This document shows positions 20,965 through 30,734 of a stretch of 64,000 bases of DNA, one piece after another. The notes below the pieces were generated by a model that was not told the DNA's origin, did no database searches, and saw nothing but the letters and a program-made list of their open reading frames with translations. This DNA is from a bacterium (GTDB lineage: Bacteria > Zixibacteria > MSB-5A5 > GN15 > FEB-12), in assembly GCA_043819515.1 (NCBI GenBank), contig JBDRES010000069.1, positions 35,722 to 99,721 of the forward strand, in the 5' to 3' direction. Position 1 is the stretch's first letter. Each line of letters starts with the position of its first letter. Both the position numbers and the translations under genes were made by a program.

Positions 20965-21054
20965 CTTCGCCGGTCGCCTAGCGGCCCTCGTTGAGAGTGC
21001 CGACAAACGGCCAGATTCCGGATATCGCTCGGCGCGGAAGTCCCCCAAAAGAAG

Positions 21055-21092
21055 ACGCCGTCACCAGTTGGTGACGGCGCTGTCTTGTCTGG
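21055..21092. terminator. Bidirectional hairpin terminator between hypothetical gene (+) and kinase gene (-)
   Basis: Perfect 11-bp stem ACGCCGTCACC / GGTGACGGCGC with AGTT loop. T-rich on the + side (CTGTCTTGTCT) and A-rich on the other side (CCCCCAAAAGAAG). Confidence 0.55.
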
Positions 21093-21104
21093 TCGCATAA
21101 TCGA

Positions 21105-23600
21105 TCAGTTGGCAAAAGCCTCCACGAAACTAGCCAGGTCGACCATCAGCTCCGACGCTTTTTGATAGCGATTCTTTGGTTCCTTTTGCAGAGCCTTCTC
21201 GACGATGTGGTCAAACAGCAGCGGTACCTGTGGGTTGACGTTCGAGGGCTTATCCGGTTGGTGGTTCAGTACCGAGTATATCAGCGAAGTGATGTTCTCA
21301 CCACGGAAGGGCCGCTTGCCCAACAGCAGTTCGTAGATGACCACGCCCAGCGAGAAGATGTCGGCGCGGTTGTCAATCGTCTGGCCGCGAAGTTGCTCAG
21401 GTGAGATATAGTTGGGAGTGCCCATGGCGATACCGGTCTTGGTCATGGAGTGCGATTCTACGCGGGCGATACCAAAATCCATAACCTTGGTCTGGTAATC
21501 CTTGAGGATCATGATATTGGCCGGCTTGATGTCGCGGTGGACTATCTGACGATCATGGGCGTATTGCAGCGCCGAACAGATCTGCATGATGATCTGCGCC
21601 AGGATGCGATAGTTGAACTGCACCTTGCGCTTGATCATATCCTCCAGAGTTTCGCCTTCGAGGTACTCCATGGCGATATACTGAAGTTGTCCTTCCGAGC
21701 CGACGTCGTAAATGGTGACGATATTGGTGTGCGACAGCTTGCCTGCCGCTTGAGCCTCACGATGCAGGCGCTCTTTGAGTTCGGCTTCTTCCTCCGGATC
21801 GTTGACGAAATCCAGACGTATAGTTTTGAGAGCGACCGGTCGATTGATGGCCGGATCGAGGCCGCGGTAGACTTTCCCCATAGCCCCTTTGCCCAGAACT
21901 CCGGTAACTTGATAGCGGCCGAGCGATTTGAGCTGAGTGCCGCCGGACTGAGAGGCGGCTGGTCGAGGCTGATTCGACGTTTTGTCACGAGGCGCGTCGG
22001 TGGTTTCTCGTGAAGGGGTGACGATGGCAGCCTCGGCAGAACGACCGAGTTCCTGGTCATTGCCGATGATATTCAGGTTGCCGCTGTCGTCGGGCGCCGC
22101 GGCCTCCGGGGCAGTAGCCAGGGGTGTTTCTACCTCGCTGCTGTCGTCGAGGGTGATAGCCTGGTAGTCCTGCATCTGTGTCGAGCCATCGGTCACTGCG
22201 ACGGTGTCCTCGGCTGCCAGGGGCCGGCTGTCGATGTGTCGCGTCGGGACATTTTCCGGGTCGGAGACAGAGGCCGGGATTTTGCGTACGGGGACGCTCT
22301 TGGATTTGTCTTTGTCGCCTTGTTTGGCAGCTACTGTTACCGCAGCCATAGCCTCCTCCCGGGCGCCCTTGGCCGCCAGAAGGATGGAATCCAGGAACAG
22401 GGAGGCCGCCATAAACAGCAACAACTCCAGGGCGAAAAACACCGGTTGGATCAGGGTGTTGTTGAAGGCGGCAAAGTAATAGGTGACTCCGACCAGAACC
22501 ACCGTCATCGCCAGGAGCGACAACAGCCGCCGGGCCAGGCGCAGTTGCGGCAGAAAGAAGGCGCCAAGAGCACCGATGGCAAACATGATGATCATGTCCA
22601 CTGCCGCCCGGTCGGTGCGGACAGTGAGCATGTCGTCACTAATGATATTGTCCAGGACACTGGCCGTGACCTGCAGTTTGCTGACCTGCTTACCACCGGG
22701 AATGTCAAACATCACGAGGTCGTCCGGCTGGGCCGCGCCGATCAGTACCATGCGACCTTTGAGGAGCGATCGGTCAAATCCGTCGCTGAGCAGTTCGGCC
22801 GCGGAATAGGTCGTGAAAGCGTCGGCCGGTAAATGTCGGATGTAGTATTCGGAGCCTTTCCCGATTGGGATCGAACGTTGCACTCCGACGAGAATCTTGT
22901 CGTCTTCGACAACCGTAACCTGTTCGGTTGGAATTCTAAAATAGGCTGCCGCCGCGGCCAGGGCCAACGATGGATAATTGTAGCCCTCGTACGTCATCAC
23001 CATCGCTTGCCGCCGCAAAACGCGATCGTCGTCGGGCATCGTGTAATCGAAACCCAGAAGCGGCTTGGCACTAAGAATCTTTCCCGCCGGGAGGAAAACC
23101 TTGCGGACCAGCAGGCTTGAGCGCTCGTCCATGACTCCCAAAGGATTGTCCACCGAAAGAGAGTGGTCAAAGAGGTACTGGGCGGTCTTGGTTTGACTTG
23201 TCCGGTAGGTGGACAAGGCGATATCGTACGGCAAGACGACGTTTTTTATCCAACCAAGTTGTCCGGCCAGCACAGCATTGTGACCGGCCGAATCCTGGAA
23301 GGCGTCTTCACTCAGATCCATGTCGAGGGCGATTGCTCGCGGTTCGCCGGCGGCACTGGCCGCCAATAGATCCGCGACCAAATCACGATCCCACGGCCAG
23401 GCGCCGTACTCCTTCCGGGCCTGCTCGTCAATCATGACCAAACAGACGTTTGGCCCCTCGTTGGTGCTCGTGGTTACGCGGGTCAGCCAGTCATGGATAG
23501 TCTGCTGAAGGCCGCTCATGGGACTGAAGTCATTGATGTATAGAACGACCACCAGAACTGCGATCAAAAGGTACAGTATATATGAGGAGTACTTGCTCAT
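21105..23600 (-). CDS. CHASE2 sensor domain Ser/Thr protein kinase
   Basis: N-terminal TM helix plus an extracytoplasmic CHASE2-like domain, about 3 further TM helices and a low-complexity linker. C-terminal Hanks kinase motifs: GKGAMGKVYRG, VALK, HRDIKPANIM, DFGIA, GTPNYISPE. Start chosen at M19 (MSKYSS..) to avoid overlap with the upstream phosphatase. The alternative start is 23654. Confidence 0.8.
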   Translation of the reverse strand: MSKYSSYILYLLIAVLVVVLYINDFSPMSGLQQTIHDWLTRVTTSTNEGPNVCLVMIDEQARKEYGAWPWDRDLVADLLAASAAGEPRAIALDMDLSEDAFQDSAGHNAVLAGQLGWIKNVVLPYDIALSTYRTSQTKTAQYLFDHSLSVDNPLGVMDERSSLLVRKVFLPAGKILSAKPLLGFDYTMPDDDRVLRRQAMVMTYEGYNYPSLALAAAAAYFRIPTEQVTVVEDDKILVGVQRSIPIGKGSEYYIRHLPADAFTTYSAAELLSDGFDRSLLKGRMVLIGAAQPDDLVMFDIPGGKQVSKLQVTASVLDNIISDDMLTVRTDRAAVDMIIMFAIGALGAFFLPQLRLARRLLSLLAMTVVLVGVTYYFAAFNNTLIQPVFFALELLLFMAASLFLDSILLAAKGAREEAMAAVTVAAKQGDKDKSKSVPVRKIPASVSDPENVPTRHIDSRPLAAEDTVAVTDGSTQMQDYQAITLDDSSEVETPLATAPEAAAPDDSGNLNIIGNDQELGRSAEAAIVTPSRETTDAPRDKTSNQPRPAASQSGGTQLKSLGRYQVTGVLGKGAMGKVYRGLDPAINRPVALKTIRLDFVNDPEEEAELKERLHREAQAAGKLSHTNIVTIYDVGSEGQLQYIAMEYLEGETLEDMIKRKVQFNYRILAQIIMQICSALQYAHDRQIVHRDIKPANIMILKDYQTKVMDFGIARVESHSMTKTGIAMGTPNYISPEQLRGQTIDNRADIFSLGVVIYELLLGKRPFRGENITSLIYSVLNHQPDKPSNVNPQVPLLFDHIVEKALQKEPKNRYQKASELMVDLASFVEAFAN

Positions 23601-23619
23601 AATCCATCCGCTCCAATGC

Positions 23620-24348
23620 TTAGACGCCTGCCGCCAATCGCTTCGCGAGAACATCGGGCAATTGCGCCAGTTTCATCTTCTGTTGGGCCTGCTCAATATC
23701 ATAGTCCACTCGATGATACTCGATGCAGTATTCAGTGTGGTCAAATATTACGTAACATGCGCGCGGGTCGTTGTCCCGGGGCTGCCCGACCGAGCCCACA
23801 TTAATGAGGTAGCGCGCGTCGGGGTCCGGCTCAAAATCATGGGCAGTCCGGGAGCGGGGGCCTCCCGAAGCCATCTCCACAATAATAGTTGGGATGTGGG
23901 AATGGCCGCAGAAGCAAAGTTTCCCCTTTTGATTCTCGAAGGCTCGCATGGCTTCACCGGTATGCAATACGTATCGCCATTGCTCCGGTTCAAAGGGCGA
24001 TCCGTGAACCAGATGCACATCATTCTGAACGTGCTCGAGTTTGAACTGCGCAATAAACTCAAGGTCTTGGCTGCTCAGCATTTGTCTGGTCCACTCGGTG
24101 GCCGCTTTGGCCGCGGGATTGTAGTACTCCAGGGACTGCACACCCAAAACGGCACTCTCGTGGTTACCCATAATCTTTATTTCGCAATGGCTTGCGACCA
24201 GACCGAGGCACTCCCGGGGATTGGCACCGTATCCGATGACGTCGCCCAAGCTGTGGACAACGTCGACTCGGCAGGTGCTGATCTCGGCCAGGACAGCCGT
24301 GAGAGCTTCAAGGTTGCCGTGAACATCTGAGATGAAGGCGGTACGCAT
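23620..24348 (-). CDS. PPP-family metallophosphoesterase (putative Ser/Thr phosphoprotein phosphatase)
   Basis: SDVHGNLEAL, GDVIGYGANP, GNHE and LVHGSP motifs follow the GDxHG / GDxxDRG / GNHE pattern of calcineurin-like phosphatases. Confidence 0.7.
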   Translation of the reverse strand: MRTAFISDVHGNLEALTAVLAEISTCRVDVVHSLGDVIGYGANPRECLGLVASHCEIKIMGNHESAVLGVQSLEYYNPAAKAATEWTRQMLSSQDLEFIAQFKLEHVQNDVHLVHGSPFEPEQWRYVLHTGEAMRAFENQKGKLCFCGHSHIPTIIVEMASGGPRSRTAHDFEPDPDARYLINVGSVGQPRDNDPRACYVIFDHTEYCIEYHRVDYDIEQAQQKMKLAQLPDVLAKRLAAGV

Positions 24349-24351
24349 GGA

Positions 24352-25044
24352 TCACTTGGCCTCTACAAACCTCAATGAAGATTTCCCGATTGAGATAATG
24401 TCGCCGTTTTTCAATTCGTGCCTGGAGATGGCCTCACCATTGACCACGGTTTTGCCCTCACGACCGAGATTGATGAGTTGGTAGGTTTCCCCATCTTTGA
24501 CAATCTTGGCCTGGATCCCCGACAGCCAAAATCCCTTGGTTCGGACATGGACGAACTTGGCCTTGCCAAACGTGGTGACATCGCGATCGAGCTTGTGTTC
24601 GGCGAAGTCGGTATTCTCCAGGCCAACCAGGACCGAGCCGCCATAGTGGCTGACAATTTCGCGCTCGTGTCGATCGTTGGCCAGTAGTTCTTTCTGTTTT
24701 TTGGTGTTCAGCACCATGGTGCCGTCAAAGTCGGCCACGTCTGTGTTCTGATGCTGAACGTCGGCGTGGAAGACCAGGCTATATTTGCCGATAGTGATCA
24801 CGTCGTCATCGTGCAGAATCTCCTCGCTGATCTTGCGACTGTTGACAAAGGTGCCGTTCAGCGATTCGTTGTCGATAAGAACGGCCTCACCCTCATTGAA
24901 CTCGATCAGGGCGTGCTTTCGGGAGACACCGCGGTTTTCGAGCATGATGTCATTGTCATTGGTCCGGCCGATCGAGATCCGCCGTTTTTCAGTGACAATC
25001 CGCTCGATGATTTTGTTTTCAAACTTCACCACTATCTCTGGCAT
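24352..25044 (-). CDS. Tandem FHA-domain protein
   Basis: Two FHA cores: ISIGRTNDNDIMLENRGVSRKHALIE...NGTFVN and TTFGKAKFVHVR...SGIQAKIV...VNGEAI. First gene of the FHA-phosphatase-kinase operon. Confidence 0.8.
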   Translation of the reverse strand: MPEIVVKFENKIIERIVTEKRRISIGRTNDNDIMLENRGVSRKHALIEFNEGEAVLIDNESLNGTFVNSRKISEEILHDDDVITIGKYSLVFHADVQHQNTDVADFDGTMVLNTKKQKELLANDRHEREIVSHYGGSVLVGLENTDFAEHKLDRDVTTFGKAKFVHVRTKGFWLSGIQAKIVKDGETYQLINLGREGKTVVNGEAISRHELKNGDIISIGKSSLRFVEAK

Positions 25045-25167
25045 GGGCTAACCCTTTCAACCACAGTGATTATATTCCATCATCCTTGAAGCGTCGCTAT
25101 ATACAGTAAACAAGCACTTGCGGCACAAGCTCTTGTTAGGGCACAACGACTTGCTTATATTGTCGGC

Positions 25168-26154
25168 ATGAGACTTGGAAATCTGAATATATCGGGTAAG
25201 GTATTGAGCGCACCTCTGGCCGGTGTGTCCAACCGTCCATTTCGGGTCCTGGTGCTGCAACTTAATGCTGCCCTTGTATATACGGAAATGGTGTCGTCGG
25301 AGGGTATCGTCCGCCGCCAGAAGCGGACGCTATCTATGATGAAGATTGAGCCGGACGAGCATCCGATTGGAATACAGTTGTTTGGCGCCCGGCCGGAGGC
25401 GATGCGGCAGGCTGCCGAAATCTGTGCCCGAGAGTTCCGTCCCGACCTTATCGATATCAACTTCGGCTGCCCGGTGAAGAAAGTGGTCGGCAGAAACGGT
25501 GGGGCGGCAGCCCTCAAGGACCTTTCCCTGACTCATGAGATAATCCAGGCTACCGTCGAAGGTGCCGGGCAGACTCCGGTGACAGTGAAGATCCGAACCG
25601 GGTGGGACGAGGCTAGTCCGGTTTATCTTGAGGTCGGGGAGATAGCCGAGCGGGCCGGGGTGGCGGCGATCACGCTGCACGCCCGCAGCCGCGCCGGAGG
25701 GTTTTCAGGCGCCGCCGATTGGGGAGCTATCGCCAATCTGAAGGCAGCCGTGGGCATTCCCGTGGTTGGTAATGGGGATGTCAGGTCCCCCGAGGATGCT
25801 CGACGTATGCTCGATCAGACCGGCTGCGATGCTATCATGGTCGGGCGGGCGTCGATGGGTAATCCGCGCATTTTCAAAGAGATCGACCACTACCTGCAAA
25901 CCGGCGAACTGCTGGACCAGCCTACCTCGATAGAAAGGATGCAGTTGGCGCGGACGCACGCGCGTCTGATGGTGGAGGAATTCGGTCCCGTGCGCGGGGC
26001 AATAATGATGCGCAAGTATTTGGCTTGGTATGTCAAGGGAATGCGCGATGCGGCCCAGCTAAGAACCAAAATGGTTCAGGTCAGCTCGCTTGAGGAGATC
26101 GACACCAACCTGACCGAATATTTTGCAGTTGGGCTTGATACTGAAGACTCCTGA
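25168..26154 (+). CDS. dusB: tRNA-dihydrouridine synthase B
   Basis: LAPLAGVSNRPFRVL, INFGCPVKKVV (catalytic Cys) and the TIM-barrel Dus family pattern. Confidence 0.85.
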   Translation: MRLGNLNISGKVLSAPLAGVSNRPFRVLVLQLNAALVYTEMVSSEGIVRRQKRTLSMMKIEPDEHPIGIQLFGARPEAMRQAAEICAREFRPDLIDINFGCPVKKVVGRNGGAAALKDLSLTHEIIQATVEGAGQTPVTVKIRTGWDEASPVYLEVGEIAERAGVAAITLHARSRAGGFSGAADWGAIANLKAAVGIPVVGNGDVRSPEDARRMLDQTGCDAIMVGRASMGNPRIFKEIDHYLQTGELLDQPTSIERMQLARTHARLMVEEFGPVRGAIMMRKYLAWYVKGMRDAAQLRTKMVQVSSLEEIDTNLTEYFAVGLDTEDS

Positions 26155-26276
26155 GCGACTCTCGTCAACCGTTGCGCCCGGAGGGGCTTCTTTGTCCTTG
26201 CCTGGCAACGCCGGGCCGCCTATATTAGGAGCCAACTTGCTGATAACATTGACCTTACAGGATGTCAGGTGGCTTG

Positions 26277-27239
26277 ATGAAAACTCTGATTATCGCCCTG
26301 CAAAAAGAGGGTAAACTTCTTCCCGGGTCGTTTGAAATGGTAACTGCCGCCCAAGAACTGGGAGGCGAAATTATAAGTGCCGTGCTGGCCGACAGCGCCG
26401 AGCCTCTGGCCAATGAACTGGCCGGACGGGGTGGCGGGAAGGTGTTGGCAGTGTCGCACGGCTCGCTGGCCAACTTCAATGACCAGGTCTACGCGGCCGT
26501 TTGCTCGGAACTGATTGCCAAACACACCCCCGACGTGATTTTGGCCCCGGCTGTGAATTATGGCAGAGCCTTGCTGGCGAGACTGGCCGCCAAGCATGGT
26601 GGCTCGCAGGTCTCTGATGCTATCGGCCTGGCGGTCGATGGCGGCAAGGTGGTTGTGACCAGACCTGGTTTTGGCGGCTCGGTGATAGCCAAGGTAGAGA
26701 AATCCGGTGGCTCGCCGTTCTTTATCACGGTGCGAGGGAAGATCTTCGCCGAATCAACCGGCGGCAGCGGCGAAGTGGTGGCCGAGACGGTTGCGGATTC
26801 ATGTTTTGAATCGAAAATGAATGTCAGCGAAGTCAGGGTCGAGGCCGGCGATGCCGTTAGCCTGAATGATGCCGATGTTATCGTATCAGCCGGGCGCGGT
26901 CTCAAGGCCGCTGAAAATATCCCTATGGTCGAGGAGTTTGCGAAGGTCCTTGGCGCCGCCGTGGGAGCCTCGCGCGCTATTGTTGATGCCGGTTGGGTGC
27001 CATACTCCTGGCAAGTGGGGCAGACCGGCAAGACCGTCAACCCCAAGCTTTACTTCGCCGTGGGTATCTCCGGCGCTATCCAGCACCTGGTCGGTATGCG
27101 TTCATCGCAGACGATTGTGGCCATCAACAAAGACAAAGATGCACCGGTCTTTAATGTGGCCAACTATGGCATCGTGGGTGATGCTCTGGAAATCCTGCCG
27201 GCGCTGACGGCCAAATTCAAGGCTGCGCTGGGCAAGTAG
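26277..27239 (+). CDS. etfA: Electron transfer flavoprotein alpha subunit
   Basis: C-terminal FAD-binding signature [22 protein letters not shown] 26277, preceded by AGGTGG. No etfB is adjacent. Confidence 0.8.
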   Translation: MKTLIIALQKEGKLLPGSFEMVTAAQELGGEIISAVLADSAEPLANELAGRGGGKVLAVSHGSLANFNDQVYAAVCSELIAKHTPDVILAPAVNYGRALLARLAAKHGGSQVSDAIGLAVDGGKVVVTRPGFGGSVIAKVEKSGGSPFFITVRGKIFAESTGGSGEVVAETVADSCFESKMNVSEVRVEAGDAVSLNDADVIVSAGRGLKAAENIPMVEEFAKVLGAAVGASRAIVDAGWVPYSWQVGQTGKTVNPKLYFAVGISGAIQHLVGMRSSQTIVAINKDKDAPVFNVANYGIVGDALEILPALTAKFKAALGK

Positions 27240-27265
27240 ACCCGACTAACATATTGTGTAATTAA

Positions 27266-27300
27266 AAACACCCGCTGCCTGGGCAGCGGGTGTTTTTGTT
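27266..27300. terminator. Bidirectional rho-independent terminator between etfA (+) and cytochrome-PKD gene (-)
   Basis: AAAAACACCCGCTGCC-TGG-GCAGCGGGTGTTTTTGTT: a 10-11 bp GC-rich stem flanked by an A5 run on one side and a T5 run on the other. Confidence 0.75.
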
Positions 27301-27343
27301 ATCTAACGAAAGACGACGGCGGCTCGATTCAACCGCGCATCGG

Positions 27344-30300
27344 TTACAAGGCCGTCACTGTGAATTCAGCGTAATCCTCCCTGCCGCAGATGTTTACTAC
27401 GCGCAAGGTGATGGTGTATACGCCCGCATTCTGGATGGTAAGAGGCCAAGGCGCCGACTTGGCAGTCGTGGCTTCGTACGATTCGATACTGGCGCCTGTG
27501 CTGTCCTTCAAGGTCCACTGCCACAGCGTAATGAATCCGGTGGTGTCGGCTGAAAAATACGTCAACTGGCCGAACTGAACGGTATTGTCTCCACTTATCG
27601 CGGCGTTGGGAGCTGCGTCCGGAATGACCCGAATGTGTTCGCTCTTGAACTCGAGGTCTGAGTAAATGCCGCTGCTGTCCGTTGCGGTCAGCTGTACATT
27701 GTACAAACCGGCTTCTTGATAAACGAAGGTTGGGTTCTGCTCGTTGGATGTATCCGAAGCGTTGCTGGTGAATTTCCACAGCCATTGGGCCGGATCGCAG
27801 TCGGACAGGTCTGTAAACTGAACCTCCGTCCCGGCACAAACGATAGTGTCTGAGACACTGAATTCGGCCACTACTTGTTGGACACTGATGTAGTTGACGG
27901 AATCGGTGGTAGCCGTGAAGTCCCCCTGCGTGACGGTGAGCCCCACCGTCCTCTTGCCGGTTTGAGTATAAGTGTGCGTTACAACTGAATCGGTGGTCGT
28001 CAAGGTGCTGACGTCGCCAAAGTCCCAGACAAACGAGTCGACCGCACAACCCGGAGTCGCCGTAAATGTTGCTATCATTCCGATACAGCCGGCCGTGTCC
28101 GGGGTAGAGAACGCAGCCGACGGTCCCAGGATCGTAACCTGCCCGTAGGCGGTGTCGCTGCCGTACACGGTAGTGACAACATGCTTGACTATCTGGTTGC
28201 CGACAACATTCATCTCCTTGATCGGTTCAGCATCGGCAACGGCGATGGAATCGTTACCAAAATACCATTCATGCGTGGCGGTGACGCCGACGAGGCAGGT
28301 AGTGTCTTTTAGGGTGAAGGCGATCTCAGTCCCGGAGCAGGTAGTATCCAGACTGGCCGTGAATCCGGCGTCGGGTCCTTCGACATCAATCAGCTTGCTG
28401 CGAAGGCGGCTATGGGTGCTGTCGTCGTCGACCACGATATCGTCGTTGAAAACGGCCGTCAGGATGACAGTAGTCCAGCCGGCGGTTGTGAGAGTGTCTG
28501 TAAAGGGCGGGAAGATGCCACCCTCTTTTTGCTGCAGGCGCGTCTTGAGCGTGTCGCCCGCGTTGTTGAGGTAATACCAGAGGCAGTGTTTGATGTTGGC
28601 CATATCGCGAGAAGTGTTGTGGAAGGTCACCTCCAGCGGCGCGCAACCGTCAACAGCACTGACCCAGAAATTGGCGGCCGGCTTCCAGACCTCGATGAAG
28701 CTGTGCTTGATGGCCGCCACCGAATCCAGTGGTGTCACGATCAACAACCGGACATCATAGAACCCCGGTTTGGTATATGTGTAGCTCGGGTTCTGCTCGA
28801 CGGAAGTATCCGCCAGCGAATTGGGATCACCAAAGTCCCAGAGCCAATTGGTGATCTGGTCTGATGGTTGCGAATTGTCGGTGAAGTGCACCGTGAAGGG
28901 GGCATGGTCAAACTTCCAGTCGGATGCAAATGCTACCTGCGGTCCCAAAGCGCGGATGCTCTTGGTGGCGGTGCTCAGGACCGTGACCGAATCGCGGGCA
29001 TCGATGATTTTCAGGCTAACCTGGAAATCACTAATAGTATCAAAGGTGTGCACTCCGGGATCTTCCAGGATGAGAGTGCTGTCGTCGCCGAAGTCCCATT
29101 CGTAATAGATCGAATCGACATCAGCGCACGTCGACGAATCCATGAAAGTGACGTCTAGTGGCGCAAAACCGCTGTCGATATCGGACCATATTTGCGCCTC
29201 GGGCCCCCAGACCGTCACGACACCGGCCTTGCTTACGGTGTCGACGTGGCCGCGGTGATCCTCGACAATGAGAGTCACGGTGTACACGCCGGGGTTGGCA
29301 TAGGTGTAGTCAAATCCGCCCTGGTTGTCGAGGGTGTCCTCGATTATCCATCTCCAGCTTTCGATGCCGCTCATACTGGTCGAACGATCGGTAAACTCAA
29401 CCGCTAATGGTGCGCAGCCGTCGCTGACGCTGACTTCGAAGTCGGCGTGTGGCGGCGAGTCCTCGGACCACACCGTCAGAGATTTGCTCAGCAGAGCGCC
29501 AAAGAACCTGGGATTGTGCACGCCCCGGGAGCCGTCCGACTGGTACAGCAGATAGTTGTGAAGCACGTCGATCTGCTCGTCGTTGAGATCAGCACCCGGA
29601 TCGAAGCTCCGGCGGGTTGGGTCGTCGGGATCCAGAATTCCCCAGGTAGCCAGCAACTGCCGGAGGCTGTCGGCCAAAATCGGTAGAGAATCATAGTTGG
29701 AGAAGTGAGCCAGCGAATCCAGCCGCCTCAGGGTTGCCGAGTGACAGCCGCTGATCCGACAATTGGTCAAGTACCCTTCGCCGGTCTGTGGGTTGGACAA
29801 CCGGAATGTGTGCTCGCCAAACAGGTAGCCTTGCCCCTTGCCATAGTGGCAGCCGAGACAGCCGTCGGTAACCTTATCGTGGGAATTGGTGTCTGGAGGT
29901 TCCTGACCGAACCAGGCGCCGTTTTTGCCGATCAGGACATCGGCCTGTGGGCTGAAGTGTGGTCCCCAGTCGGCGCTCAGAATGCGTTCGGCCGAGTTTG
30001 AGGGGGCACCGTTCACGGCCTGGTGACACATAGCGCAGGCGTTGGATTTGCCGTGGGCATAGACCGCATTGCCGGCCAGGAGGGTGTAGTCGGATCCGGC
30101 GTCGGCACTGATCCCACGCAAAGAGTCCGACCAGGAGCGGGGATCATCGCCGGTGTGTGGGGCGTGGCAGGTAAAGCACTTGATGACGTTAGGTGATGAC
30201 TGCCCACCGGCAGTGCCTTTGGCAATGTAGTCCAGGAAACCTTCGTGAGTATGGCAGCGTGCTCCGCACTGTGAGGCCAGACCCAACTCACCGTTGATCT

Positions 30301-30535
30301 CCACCGGATGCTGAAGGAGTTCATCGGAAGCGTGGCGTGAGTTCTCGTACTGGCTTTTGGGCCGCAGGTAGCGATTGTAGTCGTCGGTGTGACACGTGAC
30401 ACACTCCTGCCCCAGGGTGCTGTCATACTGGATGACGGTTGTGGACTGGGTGACGAGTTCATCGCAGCCCGGAATGACCAGAACCAGCCCCACGATTGCC
30501 AGGGCCGCAAGCGGCAAAAACGATCTGAGATTCAT
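27344..30535 (-). CDS. Lipoprotein with multiheme cytochrome c domain fused to multiple PKD repeats
   Basis: Lipobox LVIPGC. Four canonical CxxCH motifs (CVTCH, CFTCH, CAMCH, CLGCH) plus CGARCH and CRISGCH variants in the first about 280 aa. At least five repeats carry the PKD signature WxFGDxS (YEWDFGDDS, WLWDFGDPNS, WYFGNDS, FVWDFGDVS, WLWKFTSNAS). Confidence 0.75.
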   Translation of the reverse strand: MNLRSFLPLAALAIVGLVLVIPGCDELVTQSTTVIQYDSTLGQECVTCHTDDYNRYLRPKSQYENSRHASDELLQHPVEINGELGLASQCGARCHTHEGFLDYIAKGTAGGQSSPNVIKCFTCHAPHTGDDPRSWSDSLRGISADAGSDYTLLAGNAVYAHGKSNACAMCHQAVNGAPSNSAERILSADWGPHFSPQADVLIGKNGAWFGQEPPDTNSHDKVTDGCLGCHYGKGQGYLFGEHTFRLSNPQTGEGYLTNCRISGCHSATLRRLDSLAHFSNYDSLPILADSLRQLLATWGILDPDDPTRRSFDPGADLNDEQIDVLHNYLLYQSDGSRGVHNPRFFGALLSKSLTVWSEDSPPHADFEVSVSDGCAPLAVEFTDRSTSMSGIESWRWIIEDTLDNQGGFDYTYANPGVYTVTLIVEDHRGHVDTVSKAGVVTVWGPEAQIWSDIDSGFAPLDVTFMDSSTCADVDSIYYEWDFGDDSTLILEDPGVHTFDTISDFQVSLKIIDARDSVTVLSTATKSIRALGPQVAFASDWKFDHAPFTVHFTDNSQPSDQITNWLWDFGDPNSLADTSVEQNPSYTYTKPGFYDVRLLIVTPLDSVAAIKHSFIEVWKPAANFWVSAVDGCAPLEVTFHNTSRDMANIKHCLWYYLNNAGDTLKTRLQQKEGGIFPPFTDTLTTAGWTTVILTAVFNDDIVVDDDSTHSRLRSKLIDVEGPDAGFTASLDTTCSGTEIAFTLKDTTCLVGVTATHEWYFGNDSIAVADAEPIKEMNVVGNQIVKHVVTTVYGSDTAYGQVTILGPSAAFSTPDTAGCIGMIATFTATPGCAVDSFVWDFGDVSTLTTTDSVVTHTYTQTGKRTVGLTVTQGDFTATTDSVNYISVQQVVAEFSVSDTIVCAGTEVQFTDLSDCDPAQWLWKFTSNASDTSNEQNPTFVYQEAGLYNVQLTATDSSGIYSDLEFKSEHIRVIPDAAPNAAISGDNTVQFGQLTYFSADTTGFITLWQWTLKDSTGASIESYEATTAKSAPWPLTIQNAGVYTITLRVVNICGREDYAEFTVTAL

Positions 30536-30734
30536 CTATGAATTTTCCTTTGTAAGCGGTCTCATGCCCACGTTATATAAGCGGCCCCGGCGGGAGTGTC
30601 AATTGTTTACTACGTTGTACCCCGCGCAGTTGCGCCCGTTCCCCGGAGAACGGCCTGAGCTGCGGTTTCAGGTGGTCAAGATCAGTGGCTATTCGGTCGA
30701 ATAGTACCAAAAGAGCTTTTTTTTTGGAGTAATT

